A DNA stretch of 64,000 nucleotides from a virus. The stretch is taken from IMG/VR virus record IMGVR_UViG_3300023276_001086, positions 1 to 64,000 of that record; one strand, written 5' to 3'. The notes beneath the pieces are model-generated. The model searched no databases and was not told the DNA's origin. It saw only the letters and a list, made by a program, of their open reading frames with translations. The position numbers were made by a program, and so were the translations under genes. This document shows positions 28,274-36,509 of the stretch, one piece after another (position 1 is the first letter of the stretch; each line of letters starts with the position of its first letter).

Positions 28274-28994
28274 TGAAGAGATCGCCCGAGAGGCGTTCAA
28301 GCAGGAGCTCCTCCACACCAGCGCCTGGGGACTTCGCCGGCTCGCTGTTGGCCCCAAGGGTGCCAATGTTGGGGTCCCCGAAATGAAGAAGACCAACAAC
28401 AAGGCAGTGGCCGTGGTCGAGCTCATTATGGAAAAGTACGACGAGGGCTGGCGTCCCGGTGGGCCGGCTCTCAACCCGCAGAGCAGACCGGCCAAGAGGG
28501 CGCCCGCCAAGAAAGCCGCCCCGAAGGAAGACCAGGCTACCGACGAGCAGGAGGACTCGCCCGCCGAGGAAGAGACTGGCGGCAATCCGTGGGACGGCCT
28601 CGGCACCGGCGGCGGTGATCTGGATATCGACGGAGACAACGAGCCCGAGCCGGAACCCGAGCCGGAACCTGAGCCAGAACCCGCGAAGCCGAAGCGACAA
28701 CGGCGGGCCGCCAAGAAGGCAGCTCCCACCGGAGAGACCTCAGCTCTCGAGGAGAAGGTCGACAAGATCCTCGACACCCTCATGAAGTTCGCGGCCATCG
28801 CGTCCAAGTTCGAGAAGTCTGCGGAAGAGCTCAACGAAGGACTTCTGGAAATTCGCTACCTGCTGACGATGACCAAGGAAACAACCACGGTGGCGTTGGG
28901 CGGCATCTTCAACCGTCTGTCCATCAATGGCTACTCCGATGTCGTCAAGACCGCCAAGGCCACTGCGAAGAAAGCCTGCGGTAAGAAGGGCTGA
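28257..28994 (+). CDS. Hypothetical protein with acidic (EP)n linker
   Basis: 245 aa; EPEPEPEPEPEPEP and AKKAAP segments. Confidence 0.75.
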   Translation: MATKTDEEIAREAFKQELLHTSAWGLRRLAVGPKGANVGVPEMKKTNNKAVAVVELIMEKYDEGWRPGGPALNPQSRPAKRAPAKKAAPKEDQATDEQEDSPAEEETGGNPWDGLGTGGGDLDIDGDNEPEPEPEPEPEPEPAKPKRQRRAAKKAAPTGETSALEEKVDKILDTLMKFAAIASKFEKSAEELNEGLLEIRYLLTMTKETTTVALGGIFNRLSINGYSDVVKTAKATAKKACGKKG

Positions 28995-29012
28995 ACAGAG
29001 CCTACCCGGCCG

Positions 29013-29180
29013 GTGCGGCCGATCGACTCAATCATATTATCCGAGGATGACCTCGGGAATATGTCTGAGAAGGAGATGCGCAGACTCATCACAACGGTGG
29101 GGTTGTGCGCAGATGGCCTCACGACCCCCGCCACCCTCCGACGCATGATCGAACTGTCAGCCTACCCGAAAAACCCCTGA
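29013..29180 (+). CDS. Small hypothetical protein (55 aa)
   Basis: Manual translation (V)RPIDSIILSEDDLGNMSEKEMRRL...; fills the operon end; weak RBS. Confidence 0.4.
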   Translation: MRPIDSIILSEDDLGNMSEKEMRRLITTVGLCADGLTTPATLRRMIELSAYPKNP

Positions 29181-29184
29181 CCCT

Positions 29185-29194
29185 GTGGTATAAG
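29185..29194 (+). promoter_or_regulatory. GGTATAAG promoter-like motif, copy 3
   Basis: GTGGTATAAG directly upstream of a structured non-coding stretch. Confidence 0.55.
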
Positions 29195-29198
29195 GATA

Positions 29199-29379
29199 TT
29201 GCCTACAGACCCTCTTAGGGTGCGGCAACCTAGAGGAATTTACTCCTTTCGCCTCTAGGTAAACCGGCGCCTGGCCGCCAAAACCATGAGTCCACGCGTG
29301 CCGGTGACCCCTCCGAGACAGCAGCCAGGAAGGCTGTCTCGGGGGGCGATCCACCTACTTGTGGGCACTCTTTTTAGCT
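29199..29379 (+). ncRNA. Candidate structured ncRNA (about 180 nt, five consecutive hairpins)
   Basis: Stems 29199-29228, 29229-29259, 29263-29305, 29309-29346 (14 bp) and 29351-29364, then ctctttttagct; no credible ORF. Confidence 0.6.
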
Positions 29380-29405
29380 AACCAACCCGTGGTACACTGA
29401 GAGAT

Positions 29406-29660
29406 ATGGGGTGGGAATGGCGTCCCGGGAGCCGTAAACAGAAAACGCTAGTCTGCCGAACGTGCAACCAATGTAAGGACCCGAACTACCAAGGCTGCGG
29501 GACGTGCAACTACCACAGTGCAACATATGACTGCTGCCATTCTCGTGTCGAAGACAAAGACGGCTCGCGCATCAGGCTTCACTGCAAATTCTGGGTACTA
29601 GATGGCGGTGACGACGTAGGCAGCGAGGGCGACGAGAGCGGCGGCGACCAAAGTTCCTGA
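29406..29660 (+). CDS. Small Cys-rich protein, probably leaderless
   Basis: 84 aa with multiple CxxC; TGGTACACT ends 7 nt before the ATG; no RBS. Confidence 0.5.
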   Translation: MGWEWRPGSRKQKTLVCRTCNQCKDPNYQGCGTCNYHSATYDCCHSRVEDKDGSRIRLHCKFWVLDGGDDVGSEGDESGGDQSS

Positions 29661-30125
29661 GAGGAACCCGAACCACCACGACCTGTACCACGCTCCAGCA
29701 CGCCTGACGGCCCTCTCAGCAGCCGTAGCGCGTTCTTGGTGGTACTCGGCCTGCTCCTCGAGCAGCGTCTCTCTGATGGTGGCTGTCTCCCGCGCGTGCG
29801 CCACCTCGATACGGAACCTCTCAGCGATGTACAGACGGTCGGCCCACCGGAGTCTGCGGAGAGCTTTCAGCTTCAGCCCGTACTCCACGAGCCGGTCCCG
29901 ATGTACCAGAGCGCCGTCCCACTGGGCCTCGGCGATGTCTCCCTGCTTCATGGGGACGGATCGCGGTGGATTGAGACGCGGGATAAGCGCCCCCTCCTCG
30001 GGCCCGGGACAATCGAAGTTGGGTGCCTGCTTGGAGTCGTAGTTCTGGGGACCGCACACCGTCTGCGTCAACCCCGACGACGGATAAAGGACAATCAGCA
30101 GAACAACCGTTGCCGGCCACCTCAT
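29598..30125 (-). CDS. Membrane/secreted coiled-coil protein, spanin-like candidate
   Basis: N-terminal signal-like segment, coiled coil, C-terminal TM after WYRSWWFG. Confidence 0.55.
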   Translation of the reverse strand: MRWPATVVLLIVLYPSSGLTQTVCGPQNYDSKQAPNFDCPGPEEGALIPRLNPPRSVPMKQGDIAEAQWDGALVHRDRLVEYGLKLKALRRLRWADRLYIAERFRIEVAHARETATIRETLLEEQAEYHQERATAAERAVRRAGAWYRSWWFGFLSGTLVAAALVALAAYVVTAI

Positions 30126-30301
30126 CCGAACACGGCTCTCGGCCCCTGGCCGGGCTTCAGCGTGGGGCGATGCTCCTTCTTGAGAAGAATGAACCCCTCC
30201 TTGCGGCCGCGCTTCCAGAACTCTTTGGCCTTTGTAACCAAGCCCGGTTTGACGGCTGAAATCTTCTGCATCTCGTCTGAGAATGCACTGAAGTTGATCA
30301 T
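30122..30301 (-). CDS. Leader-family protein 6 (59 aa, cationic)
   Basis: MINFSAFSDEMQKISAVKPGLVTKAKEFWKRGRK...; ATGA overlaps on both sides; not in the ORF track. Confidence 0.85.
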   Translation of the reverse strand: MINFSAFSDEMQKISAVKPGLVTKAKEFWKRGRKEGFILLKKEHRPTLKPGQGPRAVFG

Positions 30302-30705
30302 CGAGAGCCCCCTTGTGAAGGACGAACTAGAGAACCGCCAACGCCCCCCGCAACACCAGCACCGGCTGTGGCCAAGGCAGCGCCGCCCAAAACCCGCTTG
30401 GACAGGTCGCCCCTCGCAGCCTCAGGAAGAGCGTCCATGGCCTTGTTCAGTGGTAGCGAATTCCCGGTCCGCGCAGTGACCGCATAGGCCGAGCCGAGTC
30501 CATGCTTCTTGACGGCCCCGCGAAAAAGACGTGACCCACCTACACCAGCACCAGCGCCCAGAGCCCCACCGACCAAAGCACCACTCAGACGGTTACCCTC
30601 TCCCGCTGTCGCTGCTCCGCCAACCGCGCCAAGGCCGGCACCTACCGCAGCACCCAGACCTGCAATCTTCTGCATCTCGTCTGAGAATGCACTGAAGTCG
30701 ATCAT
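30260..30705. repeat. 42-bp direct repeat (30260-30301 and 30664-30705), 41/42 identical
   Basis: aatcttctgcatctcgtctgagaatgcactgaagtYgatcat; encodes the leader peptide. Confidence 0.9.
30298..30705 (-). CDS. Leader-family protein 5 (135 aa, glycine zipper)
   Basis: MIDFSAFSDEMQKIA followed by GLGAAVGAGLGAVGG...; start re-called by ATGA overlap. Confidence 0.85.
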   Translation of the reverse strand: MIDFSAFSDEMQKIAGLGAAVGAGLGAVGGAATAGEGNRLSGALVGGALGAGAGVGGSRLFRGAVKKHGLGSAYAVTARTGNSLPLNKAMDALPEAARGDLSKRVLGGAALATAGAGVAGGVGGSLVRPSQGGSR

Positions 30706-31025
30706 AGATTGTCGAACCACGTCACCACCTCTTCGAGCGGCTTGTCCTGAAGCTCATCGAGCTCGGTCTGCTGCTCGTCAGACATTTCCTTGAGACGCTC
30801 GTGGTTGCGTACCTCGAGCTCAGCAATCTTCTGGTCACGGACGAGCTCGGAGTTGCGCAACTTCTTCAGCGCCTCACGGGTCTTCTCGTCAAGATCCCTT
30901 GGGGGTTCGGCGTACTGACTGACCAGGGCTACTGTCGTAGTAGCCGTGGCGATAGCGAGCAGAATACCCACCGGGAAGATGATCCACTTCCAGTACTTCT
31001 TGAACCAGGTCCAGGCCTTGAGCAT
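30702..31025 (-). CDS. Single-pass membrane protein with coiled coil, i-spanin-like candidate
   Basis: MLKAWTWFKKYWKW, TM helix, then charged coiled coil; GAGG RBS. Confidence 0.55.
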   Translation of the reverse strand: MLKAWTWFKKYWKWIIFPVGILLAIATATTTVALVSQYAEPPRDLDEKTREALKKLRNSELVRDQKIAELEVRNHERLKEMSDEQQTELDELQDKPLEEVVTWFDNL

Positions 31026-31033
31026 CACAGTCC

Positions 31034-31135
31034 TCAGTTGAAGTGGAGCACGCAAAACACGAGCTGGTCAACGCCACCAGCTGGCTTCACCAGATGGGAT
31101 TTACGGGGTCTCTCCCCACCAAAAAGGACACTCAT
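31034..31135 (-). pseudogene. 33-aa ORF resembling the N-terminus of the 9896-11251 structural protein
   Basis: MSVLFGGERPRKSHLVKPAGGV versus MPSKTFGTQRAKKSHLVHQAKGGI; AGGTGA RBS. Confidence 0.55.
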
Positions 31136-31142
31136 GACTCAC

Positions 31143-31433
31143 CTACCGCAAAGCGTGCCTGGTGTGCGCTGCGGTCATGCGAAGGCCTCTGCCGGCCGTG
31201 GCAGCACCCTCCCCGACTTCGCGCCCACCAAGACCACCGACAACGGCACCGCCCGCAAGAGCCGCCAGCCGAGCCTTCCCCGTCAACTTCGGGGCCAATT
31301 TGGACGCACCGGCCGCACCCAACCCGGCCCCGGCGATACCACCGACCATCTTGGCCTTACGGTTAGGATCGGGGTACCCGGCGTACTGGGCAATTTTTTG
31401 GAACTCGTCGCCAAATGCTGTGAAGTCGATCAT
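31143..31433 (-). CDS. Leader-family protein 4 (96 aa, glycine zipper)
   Basis: MIDFTAFGDEFQKIA followed by GxxxG segments. Confidence 0.85.
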   Translation of the reverse strand: MIDFTAFGDEFQKIAQYAGYPDPNRKAKMVGGIAGAGLGAAGASKLAPKLTGKARLAALAGGAVVGGLGGREVGEGAATAGRGLRMTAAHTRHALR

Positions 31434-31933
31434 CTCGTTACTCCTGTCACAAGCGCACCGCGCTCCTTGACTCTCTTGATAATAGACGGAACGCCCTCGT
31501 AAAGACCATGCTTCACAGCCTTCGTACTAAGATAGCCCCTACCCTTACTCATCGGGGCCCTCTTGTCCTGGTGGACGAGGTATGCGGGGCCGAGCTTGTG
31601 CGCGTGCAGTCTCCCCGCCCTATAGGATGTTGTAAGAGGCCGCTCTCCGGGCAACGGAGTGGCCAGCCTAGTCGGCTCAAAGCCCATGGCCTTCATGTCC
31701 GGCATCGTGCTCTCGGGTACGACCACGTTCCGATAACCGAGGACCGTGGGCACGTCCTTGTTGTTCAACGCACTGATGAGCTGCCTCTTGGCCTTCCCAG
31801 GAGTCTTCGACAGCTCGTTGACGATGGGGAGCTGCGCCTTGATCTGCACCCCGACGTGGCCCGCGCCCAGGGGCTTGAACCCCACGGTAGCGATCTTGAC
31901 GAGCTCATCGGTGAATGCAGAAAAGTCGATCAT
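31430..31933 (-). CDS. Leader-family protein 3 (167 aa, basic)
   Basis: MIDFSAFTDELVKIA; cargo contains an HxH..HxD..H pattern. Confidence 0.85.
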   Translation of the reverse strand: MIDFSAFTDELVKIATVGFKPLGAGHVGVQIKAQLPIVNELSKTPGKAKRQLISALNNKDVPTVLGYRNVVVPESTMPDMKAMGFEPTRLATPLPGERPLTTSYRAGRLHAHKLGPAYLVHQDKRAPMSKGRGYLSTKAVKHGLYEGVPSIIKRVKERGALVTGVTR

Positions 31934-32127
31934 CAAAATCCCGTACTCCCACGGCCAACGAGTCCCAAAATCCCACTACCTGGGTTGAGTGGGTTGGCCC
32001 CACCGGGCAACGTCCCGACTGTCCTCTTCGCCTTCCGCTTCAGCGTATCGAGTAGAAGGCGCACCTTCTTCGGGTTCTTTGTGGCAATCTTCTCGAACTC
32101 ATCGGCGAATGCAGAGAAGTCGATCAT
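31933..32127 (-). CDS. Leader-family protein 2 (64 aa, cationic)
   Basis: MIDFSAFADEFEKIA; TAATG and TGATG overlaps. Confidence 0.85.
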   Translation of the reverse strand: MIDFSAFADEFEKIATKNPKKVRLLLDTLKRKAKRTVGTLPGGANPLNPGSGILGLVGRGSTGF

Positions 32128-32648
32128 TAGGCTACTCGGCCCAAACGACTTTCGCCCTCTCGAGCAACACGACGCATCATGTCCCCCTGGTGCTCGCCGC
32201 TGAATGCCCCTTCCGCAACCCGCGGCTTCTGCCGCTTGATGCTCTCAGTCGGGAAGTCCTTCGCCTGCTGACGGATCTTCTTGACCTCTGCGCGATGCCC
32301 CTTCAATGCCGCCCGACGCTTGAGAGGGTGCCACTTTGAGATACCCTCGACGGCCTTCCTCTTCTCCCCCTGCATCTCAGCAATACGGCCGGGCTTCCGT
32401 GTCGCAGTGCCGCCGGGCTTCATCGCCGTGGCAACATCCTTTGAGATGTCCTTCGCCCCCGCCCTGACATCGCCCACTGTGAGACTCGCGCCCCCGGGCT
32501 TCCGAGCTCGCTCGAGCTCCTTCAGACCGGCCTGGAACTTCCGACCCTCGGGTGTAAGGCGTTTCCCCACTAGAGACTGTATAATTTTGGTCTGCCGGCG
32601 CAGGGCAATCTTCACGAGCTCATCGGAGAACGCAGCGTAGTCAATCAC
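32127..32648 (-). CDS. Leader-family protein 1 (173 aa, highly basic)
   Basis: (M)IDYAAFSDELVKIA; GTG start re-called by GTGA overlap. Confidence 0.85.
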   Translation of the reverse strand: MIDYAAFSDELVKIALRRQTKIIQSLVGKRLTPEGRKFQAGLKELERARKPGGASLTVGDVRAGAKDISKDVATAMKPGGTATRKPGRIAEMQGEKRKAVEGISKWHPLKRRAALKGHRAEVKKIRQQAKDFPTESIKRQKPRVAEGAFSGEHQGDMMRRVAREGESRLGRVA

Positions 32649-33046
32649 GACTTCAACCTCTTCTGCTCCTTCGGGTCGAGGTCGAGCTCGATGTCGATGC
32701 CCCGAGCTTCGGCCATCTTCTTCACCCACTTGACCATGACCATGGAGAGCAGACCAGCGATGCCGTAGACCAGAGCCAGCGTGAGCGAGCTCGACTCAAC
32801 AAGCTGCGGAGGCCTGGGCACACCGGGGATCCATCCGAGTCCGAAGCCGATGAGGAACATGCTGGGGACCTTCACGGCCTCCATGAACTTGAGGAACTTG
32901 CGGACGGGCTTGTTCTTGGTGTCCCAGAGGTATGGCCCAATGCCCCGCCACTTCCCGAGCCCGTTGAAGAAGGCCACGATAATGAAGACCACGCAGCTCA
33001 TCACGATGAACTGCCAACTCGATACGATCCCCCAGAGGTCGTCCAT
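32645..33046 (-). CDS. Holin-like membrane protein
   Basis: 133 aa, three hydrophobic segments, charged C-terminal tail, directly after the tail genes. Confidence 0.55.
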   Translation of the reverse strand: MDDLWGIVSSWQFIVMSCVVFIIVAFFNGLGKWRGIGPYLWDTKNKPVRKFLKFMEAVKVPSMFLIGFGLGWIPGVPRPPQLVESSSLTLALVYGIAGLLSMVMVKWVKKMAEARGIDIELDLDPKEQKRLKS

Positions 33047-33054
33047 GATTTCTC

Positions 33055-35748
33055 CTACTTTGTCATCGTCGGTGCGTTTACGACGTCCAAATGGTTCAAT
33101 GCTGCCGTGATTCCGATAACGTTTGGAAGGATCACAGGCACGACGGGATTGTTCCCATCTGCCGAAACGACCCTATTTCCAATGGCAACGCCCGTGTTAC
33201 CGAAGCCTCCACCAGCAGACGCGGCGTTGAACCGAATGACCCCGTACTCGTTCGCACTACCGCCAGTAGTATCCAGGATGTCCCCGTTGATGCGAATAGT
33301 GCAGTTGAGGACCGATACCAACGCGGCACTGGTACCCTGCAAATCGAAGATATGATTGTCCCCGCTCTGGATGTCCCCATCCCAAATCACGGTGACGTTA
33401 TCGATGAGAACATGAACGACATAGTCGTGAAGCAAAATGGCGTTGAGGGGCCGGAAGCCTGTCGCTGGGCTGATGTAGATCCGACCGTTTCGAATAGTGT
33501 GGGACTCCGAGTCGACCGTCTCCCTGCACAAGATGGCCGTCTCCACGTCGACCCCACCAGAGTCGTTGTCCAGTACGATGTTGAAGTCCTCGAACACGAC
33601 GTCCTTGCCATCGAGAACGACAATCGCCTTGGACTGCACCCCGCCGGTCATAATCTCCGATGCGTTGCCAAAAGAGAAACCCCGAACGGTAGACTGTGTT
33701 CGCACTGCGAGCACACCACAAACCGGTCCAGGGGTGTCGTCTTCCAACAGGGCCGTCCCCGCCAAGCGGACGTCAACACCCTCCACGATGGTCCTACCCT
33801 CCGGAGCGTAGGGGTACGTGGCCTGCGTGTAGTCGCCGCCGAGCACAGAGATGATTCCGTAAGCGTAGGCAACCTTGATCGCCCTGACGCTGAAATAGAT
33901 GTTGAGCTGCGCTGAGATGTCGGTGATGCGCGACTGGCCGTCGATCTCGATGAGACCGTCCGCATACGCCCCGTAGGAGAAGGGGTCCATCCCGTTGGGT
34001 GTGTCGTAATGATGGACCGCAAAGCCGTTGATGTTGCACTTGGTCAGGCGTACCCAGGACTCATCCATGATGAGGTAGGGGCAGTCCACCCGGTCAAAGA
34101 TGACGTTACGCCCAGTGACACCTTGGAGCCGCATCACTGGGAAGGGGGTACCACCACCGGCCGCGGCCGTTGGCGGGTCGCTGGCGTCATCTGTGCCCTT
34201 GCTCCGCGCATCCTGGAAGAAGACGTTGTTGAGCATGAACCCGCTGTTGACGGCCGCAGTAGGAATGACCGCGGTCCCCTCGGGCTCACGCTGACCGTAG
34301 ATCTCAACGAAGAACACGTCGTACCAACCGGTTGCCGTGTTGATGACTCGGCAATTCTCGAGCACCACACCAAGCTGCTCGGGTGGATAGTTGGCATCGA
34401 TCAAGCTCAAGCTGCCGCGAAGCTCGCAGTTTGCAAACTTCACGTCCTCGAGCGCACCAGTAATGGTCAAACCCGTCGCGGCCCCAGTCTCGAAGTAGCA
34501 GTTGGTAAACGACAGCCTCGAGGACTTGCCGCCCAAAAAGCTCAGACAAGGGAACGCCGTCAGCCCAGAGCCGGGGGTCAACGGACGGACGTTCTCAAAC
34601 ACAACCTCAGAGCAGGCAGCGAAAGAGAACAGTGTGCCGGTCGTGATGTACTGCGCGTCGTAGCGCAAGTTGCGCACCGTGACGAGGAAGTCCGAACTCA
34701 TGGCTATGATGCTCGACGACCCGCCACTGGTCACGTCTTCGATGATGTTGCGCTGAGATGTCTGGATGCCCCACCCAACGGCAGTCACTCTCCGGAGGTA
34801 GGAGTTGGAGCTCATCACGATGGTGGCAGCCGTAGACGTGATGCCACTCTGCGGGTCGAGAGTCAGGTCCTCGAGCGAACTCCCGTTGTTGAGTTCGATG
34901 CGCCCGTTGGTGGACGAGGTGTCTACCTCAACGGTCGTGCTGGCCTGATCCTCCCCGACAACATGCACGCCGGCGAGTGTCAGAGTGTTCGTCGGTCCGT
35001 AGGCACCAGCTCGCAGATAGATCCGCTTCTCCCCCGCCGTGATGGCGTCGGAAAGGGCGGTCACACCGAAGTAGTCCGCCGGCCGGGCCGGTGACGTGGC
35101 GCCGGCGTCACAAATCGCGTAGCCGATCTTGCCGCTCTCGGCCGCACCTTCTTGAAGACCGCGGATGTCGGCTCGAATAAGCGCATCGTCTGGCAACGTA
35201 GCCAGCGTCGCGTCCCTGGCATAGGAGAACCGGTAGTTCCCCGTGGGCAGCGTCTTGTTCAGCCTCAGCGTGACCGCAGCTGCGGTGAACCCGGTACCCA
35301 CTGCGGCACCGGAGAAGACACTAGCGACCTTCACCTCGACCCCGTCGATCATCACCTCGTCATAATTCTCATCGAGGATCTGGAAGAGAGTATCGAAGTT
35401 CTCTGGGGTACCTGTGTAGTCCGTGTTGTTGCCCATGTACACGGAACCGACAGGAGAGAACGCCACTGCCAGACTGTGCGCGCCGCCAGCCGGGTCGATG
35501 ATGATATCCGTCCCTGCAAACCCGCTCAACACACCAACCTGTGTAATGGCGATGTCCGAGTCGAGCGGCAGCTTTATGTTGTCCATGTTCTCGGCGAGCG
35601 CGAGGTGTGGACGATTGGCTGCTGCGGTAGTCGCTTCTTCGGCCTGGCCGAGGAACTTGCAGCCCGCGTTCTTCCCGGGAGTGACCGTGGCGAGCGCGTC
35701 GCAGGTATCCTGGAGCGTCGCAGCGTCGATGTAGTCTCCGTAAGCCAT
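33055..35748 (-). CDS. Tailspike/tail fibre with putative right-handed beta-helix
   Basis: 897 aa; RIYLRAGAY..VHVVGE entry motif and repeated F.N/V.I.N strands. Confidence 0.7.
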   Translation of the reverse strand: MAYGDYIDAATLQDTCDALATVTPGKNAGCKFLGQAEEATTAAANRPHLALAENMDNIKLPLDSDIAITQVGVLSGFAGTDIIIDPAGGAHSLAVAFSPVGSVYMGNNTDYTGTPENFDTLFQILDENYDEVMIDGVEVKVASVFSGAAVGTGFTAAAVTLRLNKTLPTGNYRFSYARDATLATLPDDALIRADIRGLQEGAAESGKIGYAICDAGATSPARPADYFGVTALSDAITAGEKRIYLRAGAYGPTNTLTLAGVHVVGEDQASTTVEVDTSSTNGRIELNNGSSLEDLTLDPQSGITSTAATIVMSSNSYLRRVTAVGWGIQTSQRNIIEDVTSGGSSSIIAMSSDFLVTVRNLRYDAQYITTGTLFSFAACSEVVFENVRPLTPGSGLTAFPCLSFLGGKSSRLSFTNCYFETGAATGLTITGALEDVKFANCELRGSLSLIDANYPPEQLGVVLENCRVINTATGWYDVFFVEIYGQREPEGTAVIPTAAVNSGFMLNNVFFQDARSKGTDDASDPPTAAAGGGTPFPVMRLQGVTGRNVIFDRVDCPYLIMDESWVRLTKCNINGFAVHHYDTPNGMDPFSYGAYADGLIEIDGQSRITDISAQLNIYFSVRAIKVAYAYGIISVLGGDYTQATYPYAPEGRTIVEGVDVRLAGTALLEDDTPGPVCGVLAVRTQSTVRGFSFGNASEIMTGGVQSKAIVVLDGKDVVFEDFNIVLDNDSGGVDVETAILCRETVDSESHTIRNGRIYISPATGFRPLNAILLHDYVVHVLIDNVTVIWDGDIQSGDNHIFDLQGTSAALVSVLNCTIRINGDILDTTGGSANEYGVIRFNAASAGGGFGNTGVAIGNRVVSADGNNPVVPVILPNVIGITAALNHLDVVNAPTMTK

Positions 35749-35756
35749 GCTGTCTC

Positions 35757-36509
35757 CTACGAGAACCTCAGCTCCCAGTCCACTTGAAGGACGAAGGCTG
35801 ACGTCTTGCTGAGGGTGTCGAACGTGTTGTAGGCCACCATGTACTTCGTGAGCGGGAGCGCTCCATAAACGATGGGCGGATCCGTCAAATTCGGCAGGCC
35901 CGATGTGAACAAACCAATCTCAGACAACGGCACGCTGGTGAAGCCGGCGAAGCTCACCTCGCCCACACCAAGTACCGACGTGAGTCGGATAACCCCGATC
36001 TCGGGGAAGGTGTTCGGCGCCGAGATGTCGTCGTAGTAATCCGTGGCGTTGACCAGAACCGGCCATTCCAGACCCAGCACCGTTGGGTTGGTATCTTCTT
36101 GCACGGGATCGGCCACCGGGGCACTGCCACCCCAATCCCCAGCGTAGCCCGGGTAGGTTGTGAAAATGGTGGCCGGGAGGATGAGCTGACTGCGCCCGCC
36201 GATGCCGAACGCCATGTAGCGAAGACGATCCTCACGGAAGGTCGCGTCAGGAGCGATAGCGGAGAGGCCCACCAAGTGGGCAATCCAGTCACGACCGTAG
36301 TTCAGGAAGATGTTGTGGCTCTCACGCTCCTCGACAACCTCATTGCTGTCGGGATCGATCATCTTCAGGAAGACGTTGGACTCCACCTGAATTGGCGGAG
36401 CCCCGCCGCCGCCACTGCGGGATTCACCCCCGCCACCACCGGGACGGATAGTCCGAAGACGGACCTGCTCCTGCACCCTGATGTCTTCCTTGAACTTCTT
36501 ATTGATCAT
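35757..36509 (-). CDS. Baseplate/tail-fibre attachment protein
   Basis: HNIFLNYGR, YMAFGIGG, LSEIGLF, K....LQVDWELRF. Confidence 0.65.
   Translation of the reverse strand: MINKKFKEDIRVQEQVRLRTIRPGGGGGESRSGGGGAPPIQVESNVFLKMIDPDSNEVVEERESHNIFLNYGRDWIAHLVGLSAIAPDATFREDRLRYMAFGIGGRSQLILPATIFTTYPGYAGDWGGSAPVADPVQEDTNPTVLGLEWPVLVNATDYYDDISAPNTFPEIGVIRLTSVLGVGEVSFAGFTSVPLSEIGLFTSGLPNLTDPPIVYGALPLTKYMVAYNTFDTLSKTSAFVLQVDWELRFS

Noticed and set aside
29199-29379. tRNA, tmRNA or retron ncRNA
   Set aside because: No cloverleaf, T-loop or CCA end, and no reverse transcriptase in the window.
30122-32648. Leader repeats as a CRISPR array or integron attC sites
   Set aside because: The repeats are in-frame coding sequence with synonymous variation, non-palindromic and irregularly spaced.
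30122-32648. Classical RiPP/bacteriocin cluster
   Set aside because: No double-glycine site, modifying enzyme, transporter or immunity gene in the window; kept only as an analogy.
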